From NCBI GenBank assembly GCA_965655095.1, contig OZ296659.1, positions 54,684,001 through 54,748,000 of the forward strand: 64,000 bases of DNA. Reading direction: 5' to 3'. Of the stretch, positions 1 through 13,700 are shown in pieces. Source of the stretch: Haplodiscus bocki. Lineage: Eukaryota. A program made the position numbers and the translations under genes. Under the pieces are notes generated by a model, which was given only the letters and a program-made list of their open reading frames with translations, was not told the DNA's origin and made no database searches. The first letter of the stretch is position 1. Each line of letters opens with the position of its first letter.

Positions 1-2859
1 TGTCTTCCGCTAAGAATTCCGTGAACTTTACAAATTGTTCGATGTTAGCTGCGTTGTTTCGCGCGTCGTTGACAAGATCCAAAAATTCTCTAAGTTCGTA
101 CTCTCCTTCCTATTGCAAGCGCAATTCCTGCTCCAAATATTCCAACGCAAGCAAGCACCATCATTGCAAGTGGCGCCGCTCTTGGTGACCGATTGTGTCC
201 GCGGGCGGCACCATGTGCTGTGTTCAGGAAAGATTAAGTATAAATGTGGAAAGCGATAAGTTCGTACCCTGCAAGACGTGCATCATGGGCTCCAACTACT
301 GGAGCGACAGCTGCGGTAACGGCAACCGCTATACCAGCAAGTGCTCCTCGTATAATGAGTTGCACTTCATCATGTTCTTTTTCGATTGTCTAGCTGTTAA
401 TCGGTTGTTGCGTGTCGTCTTTCGCTCCCTGCGTTGTTCGTTTGTCGTTCGACTCCTTGGCTGGTCAGACGTTGTTAGTGCTATGACTGTATATCCTAAC
501 CCATAGAAACTGTTCAAGCTAAATAATTGACATGTAACTTTGTTTATCGCAATAACAATTTTTTCCCACTAATTCAAAGTTTGACCAAAATGTATGCTGG
601 GAAAGCGTATTCAGGTACGACTTCATTGGAATAGGGGGTACGACAGAGCACACCAAGTTGAAAGACGACGAGTTCGATTTTTTTTCTTGAGCGCAGTTTT
701 TTCATCATGAAGTTCTTTATCCCATTAAAATTGCAACATCCAAACACTTTCTTGCGACAGTGACATGATTTCAACTCTTATACTGTTGTTACCTGAAGTG
801 TAAAACTGAACGAACAGCAGCAGAACAAGAGAGACTAAATGTACACAGTCGAAGCTTACAAAAAATTCAAGAAGGATTGTAGGCTGTCAGTGAAAGAAAA
901 AACACGGCTGAAAAAGAGGAAGAAACACTTTTGAGAAGGAATTCGAGTACTATATACCCCTAGAAATTGTAATTCAATTATGTTTTCAGTTATGCACGGG
1001 AATGTTGATGCAAGTGTTTGAGACCGAACTCTCTCCTTCCATCATAAATCAATCTTACACATCATAAATCAATCTTTCCTGGTTCCAATGATATTGTCAC
1101 CATGTTGTAGTGGTTGCTTTTTTTCTGCTTTTATCGGACGGACTTGCAATCGATGGCACGCAAATTGAGGGTTGGAATGCTTTCACTGCTTGGCGAGGTT
1201 CATCTTGCCTTTCTCAGTGATTACCAAAATTATGTGAATGCAAGGTTCCGATTGCCATCGAACGTTTCCTAATTTTTATTTTCACATTATAAGTCGACCC
1301 TGGTAAAACGTCGGTATACCTTCACGCGATGAAATACATAATCAAGCATTTTTTCTGGCCAACAACTGATCAGATGATTTCTCAATTTAATATGCTCTTA
1401 TAAAAATCCAGCATGGCTTTCATGCTACATCAATGCCCAACGGTGTTCTTGTAGAGGTTAATTGATTTCAAAAATGTATCAAATCACTTCGACAAGGCAT
1501 GCCATTTCACATATTTCAATCCGTTGCGAGGCACTTTCACAACGCTATCCTGTAGCTTTCACGTTCATTGCAGGGCAGTTCCGTATAAAGACGTTTTGTT
1601 AAGCATGGATTTTAAGTTCGATATTCTCAGTTGTCTGAAGTTGTGCTGCACCAAATTATTTTCTGATGAACAACAGCCGTTTCTTTCACTCCTAACATTG
1701 ACCCAAGCAGATACCAGCGTGGTGCAGAGGATTTATTTGAAATTCTTCCACAACTTTCAATAGATTTATTTGACAGAAAAAGGATCCTAGAGTGTCAATA
1801 CATGCATCAGAGGCAGCTGCTGCCGCCCATGAGATCCAAGCCAATGGTTAAAATTGTTTTATTCAATTCGTTTGTGATACAGTCCTTTTGTGACTCTATT
1901 CTGTGAATGTCACGTAAAACCATTGCTGAATACTTACAGCTCTGGAGAACGACTTGAAACACTGCAGAAGAAGGCTTACGCTCCAAAAAGCTGGAAACGA
2001 ACAGAAAATTCGACGTGAGTGATTCAAGTTACGTCTCATTTAAGTTTTGTCCAAATCAAGTACCTGTGGAGCTTCACTACACTAAAATGGGTTTCGTTTT
2101 GAGAAACGGCGAAATTTCACAAAAGAAGAAGGTAAGTAGCTAAAAGTACGATTGTCGAAAATCCATAACTTCCGCATAACAAACAATTTCGACACAGTCC
2201 CTAATATTTCAAGTTCACCGTTGAAAGAAGAACCTAAAAAGAGACGCAAGCTCCGAGTAGACTCGAAAGAAGAGTTGTTGGTTCCACGAAAAGTTTGTTT
2301 TCTTTTGCGGGGTCCTCCGGAAGTGTAATTCAGAATCATCCTTCTTTTCGTTGTTTGCAGAAATAAAGTTGATGCGTGCTACAAGTAGGTTTCAAGAAAA
2401 GTTCACGATTTCCTTGACTTGATCTACCATCGTTCTTCAATTTTCCTGTTTTTCAGCCAGTAAACAATTTCAATGTCTGGAGCACAGAGCTGCTGATTAG
2501 TGAAGGAATTGATCACTTAACAAATGATGAAACTTTATTTTAGTAGCCAAACTACCGGCAAATATGGAAAACCTGACAAAATTTGCCAAATTGCCTGGGG
2601 TCAAAAACGGTGGTCGTTTCTTAGCCCATTTTTCTGAAAATTTTTTCCGGGCGGTGTTCAAATTCAAACAAAAAAACTTCCAGAAAAAAGAAAGAACACA
2701 TCTCGGACATTTGAGCAACACTTCCAGAGAAACAGAGAACTCAGCTGGGACATTTGAGAAGCACTAATTCTTGAAACAAAAAAACACATAAATTGCCACC
2801 GAAATTACACCTTTTCAGGGACGGAAGCGAGCATTTATGAAAGCAATTCATTTTTCAGC

Positions 2860-5800
2860 TCCATATCAACTCCTCGCAGAACTTGCAAAGAGTAATTTAC
2901 TTACATTTGGCACTTGATCAAACAAACTACCTTATCTATGGCCACCGACTTCTACAAGAATTTTTATGCCGTGCCTGGTCCTCAATCGAACTCTAACGTC
3001 TCCTGTTGATTAAAAATCAACAGTCAAACGTGATGGCAGAGATGTACAGTCAGTCCATGGACGGAGTACATGATGATCAGATGATAAAGCCTGGCACTAA
3101 AACAATACTTCCAACCTCTTTCGAGGGATCGTATAGACAGAATGAAAAGGTAACTTGGGAAATTTTTGTTTCTTGTGCAACAAACAGTTCAAAAAAATCG
3201 ACTTTTCTTCTATGTTTCAAGACGGTATGACAATTTGTATGAAGTATCATAAACCCGATTTGTTTATTACCTTCATCACTAATCCAAAGTGGAATGAAAT
3301 TACACAAAACTTGGAAAAGTCAATGCCCTCAAGACAGACCGAATATTGTTGCCAGAATTTTCCAACAAAAACTAGAGCAATGATTGACATCACAAACGAA
3401 GGTACATTATTTTGTAGTCAATTTGACTACGATTTTGAAAGTCTTCAACCAAATGATCATTTAGTTTCTGTCCATTTACAGCTTTTCTGCAAAGTTGCAG
3501 CGTATATATGCGTTGTCGAGTTCCAGAAACGAGGATCACCACTTGCCCATATTCTGATTATAATTTGTGAAAAAAGTAGGCGACTACTCCAAACAGACAT
3601 TGCTATGTTCGTTTTGGCCGGTATTCTGAAAGTGGTAATCGATGCTTCTTCTTGTGGGGAACCCAGCAACATTAATTACGATTAGTGAGAGCACATATAA
3701 TTCGTGGTCCATGTGGCCAGTTCAACCCCTCTTGCCCTTGCATGCTGGAAAACAAGTGTAGGAACCATTATCCTAAACAATTTTCCGACCACAGATCATA
3801 AAATGAAAATAGCCACCCAGCACATCTACGATGGTCTCCTGAAGCAACCAGAGCTACTCTGGATTTGAATAACGTAAATGTGGACAACCGATGGATTGTG
3901 CCATTCTGCCTGGCTTTGCTGCTGAAGTACGAATGCCACATTAAAAAAGGAAGTCTGCTCGAGTTCGATTGCGGCCAAGTATTTATACATGTACATTACG
4001 AAGGTGACATTCTTTGCCGTCCATCATTGGTAAGTTTAGTTTTAAATCTCAATCCTTTGGCACATAATTGGATGTTTTTAAGAGTGGCGACAGAAGAATG
4101 GTAAATTTGAATAGCGATAACATTGTCAACGAGGTCCAACATTATTAAGATATGCGATCAGTTGGTGCAACTGAAGCAGCCTTCCTATTATTTGGTTTCG
4201 ACATCCATCATCACAGCACCCCAGGTAAAAACTTGCCTGTTCATCTCGAGGATCAAAACCGCGTCATTGTTCCCGAAGCAACAGAAGCACAAGCTGCCAG
4301 CAACCCAAAAAAGCCGAAAAACTCAATTAAAGGAGTTCCTTACATTCAACCAAAAGAATCCAGCTTGTCGAAAAAGGCATGTTGAGTTCCCGGAAAAGTT
4401 CATATAGTACAAAAGACAAATTGTGAACAAATCGCAAACGTGCTATGGAAATGATTCGTAGGATTCACCGTGTCTCATCTGTTGCGAGCAAAAGTTCTAC
4501 TTGGGGATTCTTCCACAAAATCGTCACTTCTCAGGTTAATTTCAGCAATTCAGTTGAGCAACAAAAACCTAGCGAATCAAACAAACGTACAGTCGAAATT
4601 TTCAAATTGATTTGTCGTAAATTTAAACGAGTTACAAAACTCAGCCGGTGTACCAAATCCTGCGAAATAACCTTCCGGAAGTATGATGCAAAAACCAAAA
4701 ACAAACTCAAAATCCGAGGTTCTGTTTAGGGGCAACTTCGTTGGCAAATTTGAAATCCACAGGGGAAGCGCACTTATGAAATTCATCAACAAGTATGTCA
4801 AGCTCTCGGACTTCTGCAAAGGAATGGGATAACTTACTAACAGAAAAAGACTTGCTAAAAACGAGCAAAAACTTGAGACAGCTTTTCGGGACATTGCTAA
4901 TGTTTCCTTCCATATGTCTTTCTCGGAAACTCTTCGACAAGCACCTCATCTAATGGGGAGATGATATAGCAAGTTGAGCGGGCGAAAAAAACCTCCGTTC
5001 CTTTGTTCTTCAGGAGATTGATAAATAGTTGCTTCTGTTCCACAGAAGAACCACTGACTTTGGTTTACCAGCAGCTTTGTTCTAAAAAAAACCAAACACG
5101 TCAGATCAAAGCAACGTTAAAATTGAAAAGGAAATACAATTGTGTCGAACACTCACTCGGTCTTTTGTAGATAGTGATTGTCAAAAACTGAATGTGGATC
5201 AGAAGAGACTTGATGATGAAGCCTTTGTCACCAGTACCAGCAATCAATGTCGTTTTTTCTTGCTCGATGCTCACGGTGGCTCTGGAAAAACTTTTACCTT
5301 AAATGTTTTGCTCCATCAACTTCGTGCCAAAGGCAATAAATGAGTAGCTTCTGCAACAAGGGGTGTTGCTGCTTCGCTTTTACACGGTGGTCGAACTTTC
5401 CATACCATTTCCAAATGTCAGCTGAAAGTTGATGACACAACTGTCCCAAAAATCAATTATCAGTCCAACCTGGCCATCTTACGGGAAGTGAAAGTTTTTG
5501 TTGGCGATGAGGCACCAATGACAAACATCTTCCAGCTCGAATCGATGGATCGCACACTCCAAGACATCATGGGTGTTAAACACTTCTTCGAGGCAAAGCA
5601 ATAGTCCTAGCTGGAGACTTCAGACACACGTTACCGGTCATCAAGAAGGGTTCGCGTCGAAAAATTGTCGAAGTCTGCTTCAAAATCTTCATGTCTTTGG
5701 AAACTCTTTGAAGGTTACACGTTATCAAAAAACATGCGCCTTTCTAAAATTGCTTCAACGTCATTCCATCAATGGCTTCTAAAGATGGGAAATGGGGAAC

Positions 5801-6790
5801 TGGAATCAGACACAGAATGAAATTACGTTACCAGCCGGCTTAATCAATCCAAAAACTTCAAATGTTTCGTCCGACCAATATCAGAAGGAATTGGTGCAGT
5901 GGACATATCCACACTTAAGCCAGGTTAATTTCATTTGGCGTTTTGTTCTTTCCCTTCAACAGCCAGCAAGTGACAATCCTCAATCATTAATTTTTCTTCG
6001 ACTCCTTGACCACTGATGATGCGAACAGCACTATTCTTTGCATCCTCAACTCTACTGAAGAAACAATTATAAATAACGTGTTAGAAGAACTTACAGGTAA
6101 TAGGAATCTTCCAATGATGCTGATGGAACACCTAAAAATTCTTTCCCTGAGTAAATTTCGAGCCGCCTATTCAAACTCACACATGACGTTATTGCAATGT
6201 TTGCATCATCCTTGTGTTTTTCCATGAAAAGTTTTCTTTCAGGAGTATCTCACGCACTCAGCAGTGCTGAGAAAACCGCCGAGAAAAGTGATCTATCGAC
6301 GTTTCCTGTTGATTTTCTGAATTCCCTATCACCAAGTGGACTGCCTCCTGATCATTTTGACGTCAGAATTGGATAAGCTGTAATTTTGATGCGAACTTGA
6401 AGCCTCGAAGAAGCTTTTGCAACGGAACTCGCCTCAGAATGGTAAAAAATCAGCCATCATCTCACTGGATGCAGAGCGGTTAGCCAAGAATAGTCAAATT
6501 CAACCGTTCTAATTACACGCATTGATATGACGACAGGAGACAATGAGTCACTTTGGTGCATGGATTAGGCGTCAGTTTTCACTTCGGTGTACATTCGCGA
6601 TGACTATCAATAAAAATCAAGGTCGGGCGTTCAGACGAGTTGGGGTGTGCCCCGAAGATCCAGTTTTCAGTCATGGACAACTCTATAACTCTATGTTGAT
6701 TTGTCCAGAGTTTGAGGATTGTTGCACGAGTAAAAAACACAATGCCGGAAGCTGCCACTATCGTTTACAAGGAAGTGCTCAAAAAAGACG
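2860..6790 (+). mobile_element. Helitron Rep-Pif1 helicase (RepHel) gene, decayed, with spliceosomal introns
   Basis: Ordered Helitron motifs across frameshifts: RLLQEF..IE..RL, ILPTSFEGS, FQDGMTICMKYHKPDLFITFITNPKWNEI, DRPNIVARIF, VVEFQKRGSPLAHIL (Rep HUH motif), IRGPCG, VDNRWIVP, YLYMYITK. Pif1 motifs follow: LDAHGGSGKTF, GVAASLLHGGRTFH, DEAPM, AGDFRHTLPV, FLNSLSPSGLPP, CNGTRL, RRQFSLRCTFAMTINKNQG, VFSHGQLY, IVYKEVL. Confidence 0.95.
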
Positions 6791-7719
6791 GCGTTCAAAT
6801 AAATTTTTTCCAGGATATACTTCTTTTCCTTTTCCGAATTAAGTGCGCGCGCGAAAAAAAAACTCAACACGTCTCCTTTAACTTTCAAACTTCGAGCTGT
6901 CTCTTGGTGAAAAATATGGAACATGAAAGCAGGAGAACGCACAGGGAAGCCGTGGTACAAAAGTTTTTCCATCAGTTACTTAAACTAAGGTCTACTGTTC
7001 AAATAACCCACGGAGCACCTCCCAAAAAAGATGCCATTCAGAACATCGTCGTTTAACGGTTTCGGCTGTGCTCAATTTGACGAGTTGCGTTACGGTGGAC
7101 TCTTCCAAACAATTACATTCGTTTCTTTATTGTTTGAATCCAGTGCATTTGTTGATGATTACAATAACATGCGGCAGACTACTTTCCAACAAAGCTAATG
7201 ATTCTTCAGCTTCCAAGAAACTACCCTGCAACTCCGTTCAAGAAAGTAAGAGAACTGACACCCATGAATCTAATGGAGCAATACACTTTTAGTATTACTT
7301 CCAATAAGATCGAATCCCATATGAAATCCACTTTTCAAGAGCATCTCATCTTGGCACATTTTTTAAAATAAGAAGTATTCACAGAAAATAAATTCTGTCT
7401 TTTTCACTTCACGAATTACGTTCGCCACAACGTTTAGAGCAAATACAACTATACCAAAGTTCTTTTCAAAATGTCGTGGCAAAGTGTTTGCGCTCGACAG
7501 CGACAGATCGAGCTCCGAGTCATAGAGCTTTACCGAAGTTGTGGGTTTGATTCCAGGGCTGCTGTACAGTGATTGATTTCTTAGTAATGAATCTAAAGCA
7601 TCAGCTTTTGTTGAACCAATATCAACGAGCCAGCGCCTCAGTCCTATTCGTAGATTCTCAGTGCTTGAAACAATTTCCATACTTCAAAGGCCGCTAAATG
7701 CGGCTCACGGGCCTGCTAG

Positions 7720-10700
7720 ACTGCGGGTCGAGATTGTTCTAGGGCTGAGTCAAGTATTTCATGCTCAGAACGGAATTTACCTAGACTTGGATAACGTCGA
7801 AACTCATCTCTTGATACATATAGTTCTTCAACTTTATATTCAGCTGTAATCGGTCGCAGTCTAATGCGATGGACACATTGAGTGTACGGCGTACTAGCTT
7901 TTCTATTTAGGTAGTTTGAATTCTAAAAAACTTTTCCAACTTTATACAGTGAGAGCTAGATTGTTCTCTATTTGGCAGCAAAGTGACTTTCCGTATGCAA
8001 CAGAGGGTTCAAAAATAAGCAACACTCTTAGTTAGCCAAAGGTTTTGCTGCTCTTTTGTTTGTCGTAGTAGGTACGGTATTTATGAAGTGCATCGAGCAG
8101 TCTCGATTTTGTGTAAAAAAATTGTTGCAACAAAGAATCTTGCAAATCAACTAATTAAACTGACTTGAGTTCTTTTTTGCTAAAACAAGACTCTGAAACC
8201 GCAAATCAATAGGTTTGGCTGGGTCTCGGCCGTGGAATAGTGAGCTGGGCGTACATCCCATGGATGAATGGTAAGAAGTATTGTGAATGAATTTCGCTAG
8301 GTCAACATACTTGTACAATGTGTACGTCATCTGTATTAAGTTTGACTATGCGTTCCAGTATAGAATGGGAACGTTCAACTACGCCAATTGTTTGTGGATG
8401 TTTCAAGGAAGCGTGTTGCAATTGGACTTCGAATAAATCAGTCAGCTCGTGTTGTTATTTTGCTACAAAAGTTTTTCGTAAGTCGGACAGAAGTGTCGTA
8501 GGAATGTAAATGTGTTGGAAAAATAGTGAGACTAATGCTTTGGCCACCGTCCCGGCGTATACCGATGTTATCCGAACCGGAAAAGGGTATTTTGAGAAGA
8601 CATGAACGTCTGAGATAGCGTAATTTCAAGTCTGCGATTGCGAGGGACCAACCAAATAAATTTAAATCATATCTCCCGGGAAGAGACGGGTTGCAAAAGT
8701 GATTCCATTGTTTTTTGTTGACTTTTTTCAGCGTCGAATATGGGAGAGTTTTTGATGTAATCCATGAGGAACTCAGTGAATCCCGGAAAGTAGAATCTAA
8801 TGCGGAACTCTTGGGTGGTGCGGACGAGGCCGATGCGGCCACCTGTTGGTGAGTTGTTAATTCTATAAAGTAATTCTTGTCTCAAATGTTTCGGAATGCA
8901 CACTTGATAGGAAATATTCCGGAAAACGTCAAAAAAGTGGCGAGTTAATATTCCTTTCTGTATTTGTGAGTGGGAAAGGTGCTTGTGATATTTTCTTCAG
9001 TACAAATGATGCATATGTAATGTCATCTGTGCATCCACTTTGAACCCAGACCATACCTTTACGCAAGACTGGATCTTTTTCAGCTTTGTCTGAATGTCTA
9101 CCACTTGTGTATTCGAATACATTTCAAAAAAATTAAATGGATCATTTGATTGAATTGAATTACTTCCAGAGGCTCGCTTTAGAGCAAAAGTTCAATTGTC
9201 TCTTTGGTGAAGCAGGCTCAAGAATTTCGTTTAGGTTAGGAGTCAAATTCTGTGAGGTAACGCTGACTTGTAACTGTGTCATTGGATCTTTTGGTATTCA
9301 CGGTAGTTCTGTGTCATAGAACATGCTACTCGATTCTGTCGACAGCATAGATGGATCCGGTGTTTGAGCTTTCTTTTCAATGGAAATTTGTCAGTGGAAT
9401 TGAGTCGAGCAATTGGCGTTCTAAGCTTTGACTAGGATCAGTTTGCATTCTTGAAAAACTGCCGCTGCATTTGCTCGGCCAGGCATATGCGCTAAGTCTA
9501 CGTTGTAACCGATCATTCTGTCCATAAAGTTCCACAATGATGGATGGAGTGACTTCGATTGAAACAAAAGTGTTATCCGTGAAAATAACCACTGGTTTTT
9601 CTACGCCCAGATGAAATGGGACAATTATTCTAGCGCAAAAAAAACGCTGAAAAATTTACACAGAACGTAAACATCTTTAACTGACTCGAGTTGAAAAGTT
9701 GAGAACCAAACGACACTGGTGCGTATGCTTGTTTCTTCTTTCCGTCTTTGCAATCGAGGTAATCATGAGAACAGGTCCACTACTGTAATATCTTGCATCA
9801 CAAAAAATTACATATTGTTATTCAGGCTTCGCTAGTCTGAGCTTCGTTAGTATGGCTTGTAAAAGATCTAACTTTATTGTTTAAAAAGTTTTCAAATGAT
9901 CGTCACCGAAGGAAAAATAAACAGCTTTCCGAAGTAATTTTTAACAAGGAAGCAAAGTTTGAGCAAGATTAGACAAAAATCTACGAAAGAATAAAACGCA
10001 GCCAACCAGCCATTTCACTTGTGTAACCGTTGCTGGTAATTCCATTGTCTTCACAAATTTATCTATCTTCTCATTTTCCTGTCGAAGTCTTTTTGGAGTG
10101 ATTGCACTGCCAAGAAATTTAGTTTATCGAGGTCACTCCGAATTTGCATTTATGATGTCTTAATCTAAGTCCTGATTTTCGCAAGCAATCAAAAATTTGT
10201 CTAAGTGTGGGGACCTTTTGTTCAAATGTCCCCACTCGACATCCGATATCATCCACAAATTGTGTAAGTTGGCCGCAAGGCAACAATCAGGATAAGATCT
10301 GACAAATGAGCTAAATCCGGTCATTGATTTGTTTAATCTTTGAGCCAATGTTGTGCCGGCGTATGTTCTCGAGGCAAAGTTGAATGATAAAAGCTGGTCT
10401 GATAGGGGGTTAGCCATTTGTACAGAGTGATAAGCTAATGAACAACCTAACTTTGTGAACAACGTTTTACCTGCAAGAAGATGAACGGCATCTGTTATAT
10501 TCGAGATTGGAAAGTTGTTATCACTACAATCGTTTCAGAGGAGGTGATTAACACATCTCGAATCGATCAAAATTCTCAGTTTCTCATTCATTGTGCAAAT
10601 TTTCGACAGCAAAATTTAGAGATCGTTAAAGTGTGACGTCATGGTGTTGCATGAGAGCTAATTCAAGCAAAATTTCATCCAACAGGTGAATCGATTTCGG

Positions 10701-13700
10701 GTGACCTAGTACATAAACTGATAAATCATGCGGTATATCAGCTTAACTTTCAACTCAGTATTGTATTCAACCTCGAATCTATGTTCCGCAAAACATGTCG
10801 TAACGCTCAACTAAAAGTTTTTGCATTTCGGAAATTTGATCCTCGTTCAAGGCAGAACGCGATCAATCACATTGAGCTTAAAACGTTTTTGTCAGTTTCG
10901 CTATTTTGCGGATCTACATTACACTTCAAATTCAGCTATGTTGTTGGAAATTTTTCTCTACAAAGTGGGTACGTTAAAAGGGTTTTGACATATTACTGGC
11001 GTAGGGAACCAAATTTTGTCATTTTCAGCAGGGTTGCGTCTAGGTTGTTTTTCTCTTGCTTTTGCCACTCGCATAATTGGATTAATTTTGCGGAGAACTT
11101 CGCAAGTTTTCATTTTATCAAGCGCCAGATTTCCTGCTCCAATTTCAAAAATTTACCTTTCCTCCTATGGAGAGAAAAATTTGTTTGATTTTTGTGAAAG
11201 TCACAGCCCGGTCTTTCAAAATGATTGCTAGAATTGGAACTATTGTCTTTTCCAGCTGTCACAACTGATGATGAAAATCTCAATTCTGTAATTTTTTCAA
11301 GATCTTCAGGTGGAATAGTCATTCCAGTGTGCCCTTCAGGGAGTTCCCGAACATCTGGTTTTGTCTGTAGACTTTCTTGATGCTGAGGTCCGATGAAGAC
11401 TGGTTCATCACAACTGGGTGAAGTTGTTTAGGAATCTTTTTGCGAGGGGTTCTTACGTCCTTCATTTCGCAAGTCATTTCCGGTTGTTCAAGTGAATATT
11501 CTCGCGGGCTAATTTCGATACTGTTTTGGCGAAAGCATGGGTTGCCCATGACCACACGGTTCATTGAAGGAAATTTGTGGAATGTATACTCGCAGTTATC
11601 CTCAATAATTTTAATTTTGACATAAAATTGGCCAAGAACTTTAGCATTGCGCCCTGATGCCACTTTAACATTTAGGAATGTAGCTTGTGGTAAATCTTGG
11701 GGTGAAGTCAGCGATGTTTCTTTCAGTCTTCGATACAAATCTGCTGGCATCGCGTTTGCAAACGTTCTTTTGTCAATTAATACTTTCCTTCTGACTTCAT
11801 TTTCAAACTTCAACGGTAGGTACATCAAGGTTTCTCCATTAAGTGGTAAGACTGCATTTATTTCTAAAGCTGTTGGAAGTTGAGATTCATCTATATTAAG
11901 TATGAGGGTTTCTTTAGTCTGAGTGCGCGTTCATCAATTTTTATCTGGTGAAAAAATAATTAGACTATTATTCTTAGTATAATGCTTTGAATTTGAAAGT
12001 TTAGCGGTTTCTCGACTGTTTAACGTGTGTAGCGTTATTAGTTTTTTGACTGCGAGTCGACTGGAAGTTGTCCACCTCATGAACTGCTTCTTCCTTTCGC
12101 TTCCTTTTTTTGCTGTGTGCTCAGGATAACCACAAGAGTCGCAAAATGCTTGTGATAATGTTGTCTCAACATGTCCGTCAGCATTTCCTGTTTTTATTGT
12201 CGTTTCAGTGTTTTGATAGGTTTTTGGCGTAAGAAACCACATTTTGGAGGAGGGCGCTTTGGTTGTCTTCCTCCTCTTGTCCTTCCCACTCAGAAGTTGA
12301 TTAAAAAATTTTGCCATTTTGCATTTAGTCAAGTGCTAGAGTTGGTGGTCATATTTCAATAAGCTACTCCTCTTCCTGCGGAAAGAGTAATAGGAAAACT
12401 GCTACTTGTTTTTTGTGAAAGTTAGAGCGTGGTCCTATATAGCTAAACTTAAAACTGTGACGACAGATAATGAAAGTCTGAATTGGGTACTATTTTCGAC
12501 ATCTTCAACTAGGATAATGAATCCAGTTTGTTTTTCAAGTTTTTACTGCAAAACTACATCTGTCTGCAGAAATTACCGAAGCTGAGGATTGATTATGACT
12601 TTTCGGTTCATCACAACTGGGTAATGTCGTTTAGGAGTAGTATCTCTTCCTTCGCTAGGGGTCTTTATTTCATTCAGTTCGCAACTCACTCTGATATTTC
12701 GAGTAAGTTTTCTGCAGGACTATTTTCAAAACTGTATTTTCGGAAGAATGCGTTGCCTGCTACAACACTGTTCATCGAGGAAAGTAGGAAAAATACATCC
12801 TCAAAATTAGGCTCATTAATTTCGAAAACGACGTCAATTTGGCCTAGACATTCATCATTACGCCCTGATGCTACTTTTACAATTAAGATTGAAGGTTGCT
12901 GTAATTCTGAGAGTGAATTAGGCATTATTTCTCTCAACTTCTCAAAAAACATTGCCGGCATGGCGTTAGCACAAGCTCCTGTGTCAATTATTGCTTTCCT
13001 CTTGACGTGTTTTTTAAACTTCAACAGTAAGTGGAATGACCGCGTTAATTTCTAAATCCACTGGATGCTGAGATTCATCGGCATTGAGGATTAGGGTTTC
13101 CTCAAATTGATTGTGTTACAAAGTTTGGTTCTAGCGAGAAAACATTTAGATAACGATTCTCAGTGTAGTGCATTGAATTTGAATGTTCAGAGGCTTCTGG
13201 ACTGACTGACGTGTGTTGCGTTATTAGTTTATTGACTGGGAGTTGAACAGAAATTGTCCACCTCGTGAGCTGCTTCTTCCTCTCGCTTCGCAATCTTTTC
13301 CTGTGTGATTACGATAACCACAAGAATGAAACGTTTTGTGAGAACGCTGTTGTCTCAATATAACCTTCCTCGTTTCCTGTGTTAAAGTTCGTTTGAGCAT
13401 TTTGACTACCAGATTGTTGAAAATTATTATCTCTCTTGTCATTTTCCACGGTTGTGTCCTCTGTAATTGCTACCTCTATAAATATTTCGTCCGCGAAAAT
13501 TTTCTTTAGAATTTTTCCAGTATCTTATTTGATTTTGATTTCGGTTCTGGTAGTATTCCGATCCTTGATTATAAGATCCTCTCTTTCCACCATTGTGATT
13601 AAAGTGTCCTATTGAATTTCCTATTCATCCCTTATGGGGCTTGAAATTTTGGGTTGAGTTTTGGCTGGATGTGCTTTGTTGTGGCTGGGTAATTTTTTCA

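Noticed and set aside
1-2400. Possible decayed coding sequence upstream of the Helitron (TMCC..GK-like stretch at ~215; exon-like pieces at 840-1850)
   Set aside because: No ordered set of recognisable motifs; cannot support a product call.
7690-7719. GCCGC-TAAAT-GCGGC hairpin plus CTAG as the Helitron 3' end
   Set aside because: Short stem, followed by A rather than T, and contiguous with the Gypsy integrase C-terminal frame; cannot be assigned.
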